Source: Octopus sinensis
Taxonomy: Eukaryota
Assembly (NCBI RefSeq): GCF_006345805.1
Contig: NW_021829078.1
Coordinates: forward strand, 1 to 7,014
Direction of reading: 5' to 3'
DNA length: 7,014 bases
In this document: positions 6,448 to 7,014 of the stretch, one piece after another
Numbering within the stretch: the first letter of the stretch is position 1
How the letters are laid out: each line of letters starts with the position of its first letter
Notes under the pieces: model-generated
Database searches by the model: none
Seen by the model: the letters and a program-made list of their open reading frames with translations, nothing else
What the model was told of the DNA's origin: nothing
Translations under genes and position numbers: made by a program

Positions 6448-6784
6448 TCATCCTTGATAGAGCAGATCTATGATCGAAGGCGTTCCAGTCATGACCATCC
6501 CTTTTCTATATCCTATGGAGTAGTGAAGTATTGGAATAACATATGCATTGATCTGTTTGTCTGTGATTGGCGGTGGTGATTGTGGTAGTATGGCGGTGGT
6601 GTTGGCGGTGGTGGTGGTGGTGGTGGTGGTGGTGTTGGTGGTGGTGGTGGTGGTGGTGGTGGTGGTGGTGGTGGTGGTGGTGATGATGAGTACAATGTGC
6701 CCCTTTTTTAAACGATCGATATGATATGGTTTGAGAAAGATTCGGCTGCTAGTTTTAGCAGACCAAGCAATTTCATAGAGACCC
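6448..6784. repeat. Dispersed two-module repeat, copy 2 (module X 6448-6499, module Y 6730-6784), interrupted by (GGT)n
   Basis: See copy 1 at 3242-3707. Confidence 0.6.
6607..6681. repeat. (GGT)9 GTT (GGT)15 microsatellite
   Basis: Read directly from the sequence; degenerate GGT units extend upstream to about 6569. Confidence 0.97.
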
Positions 6785-6805
6785 CCCACCCGTGGGTTCG
6801 TTTAG

Positions 6806-6969
6806 ATATCGCTTCTTTATTAGTCTAACCAACTAGAATGAGGGTATATCATTGGTGAGATAGCGAATAGCGACGAAAGGACTTTGCCAAACAAGCAACT
6901 GATTGATTGTTTAACCAACACATTAAGCAAACGATCGATTTAATCAGTCTAACAATAAAGAAGTGATAT
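6806..6969. repeat. Short inverted repeat pair
   Basis: ATATCGCTTCTTTATT (6806-6821) matches the reverse complement of AATAAAGAAGTGATAT (6954-6969) at 15/16. Confidence 0.7.
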
Positions 6970-7014
6970 TGAACCAGTGTGTATGCTTATTATTATTATT
7001 GACATAATGACCCT

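Noticed and set aside
6448-6789. Poly-Thr and poly-Pro ORFs (mucin- or extensin-like)
   Set aside because: Translations of the (GGT)n tract; the flanking parts overlap a non-coding dispersed repeat.
6785-6805. CCCAC-CC-GTGGG hairpin followed by TTAG as a Helitron 3' end
   Set aside because: The stem is only 5 bp, the terminus is not CTRR, and the next base is not T.

Overview
AT-rich, non-coding eukaryotic DNA (intronic or intergenic) with no intact host gene that I can recognise. It is a mosaic of microsatellites and old transposable elements. The repeat types and very dense (TA)n/(CA)n/(ATT)n tracts resemble cephalopod (Octopus-like) genomes; that assignment is from recall, not a database search. 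Supported content: (i) a 5' fragment of a Tc1/mariner transposase, 82 codons of the paired-like HTH DNA-binding region (1814-2059); (ii) six tRNA-derived SINE copies or fragments with Pol III A/B boxes, from two head families; (iii) a 348-bp retroposon-like segment bracketed by (ATT)12 and (ATT)9; (iv) a ~230-bp fold-back/MITE-like inverted repeat (1141-1373); (v) a two-module dispersed repeat present twice; (vi) many simple repeats. Almost all ORFs in the supplied track are microsatellite artefacts. I see no strongly supported new biological system. The best leads are apparent (TAA)n-targeted retrotransposition, the long hairpin, a SINE with an internally inverted segment, a chimeric Tc1 DNA-binding-domain ORF behind a splice acceptor, and two weak minus-strand exon candidates.
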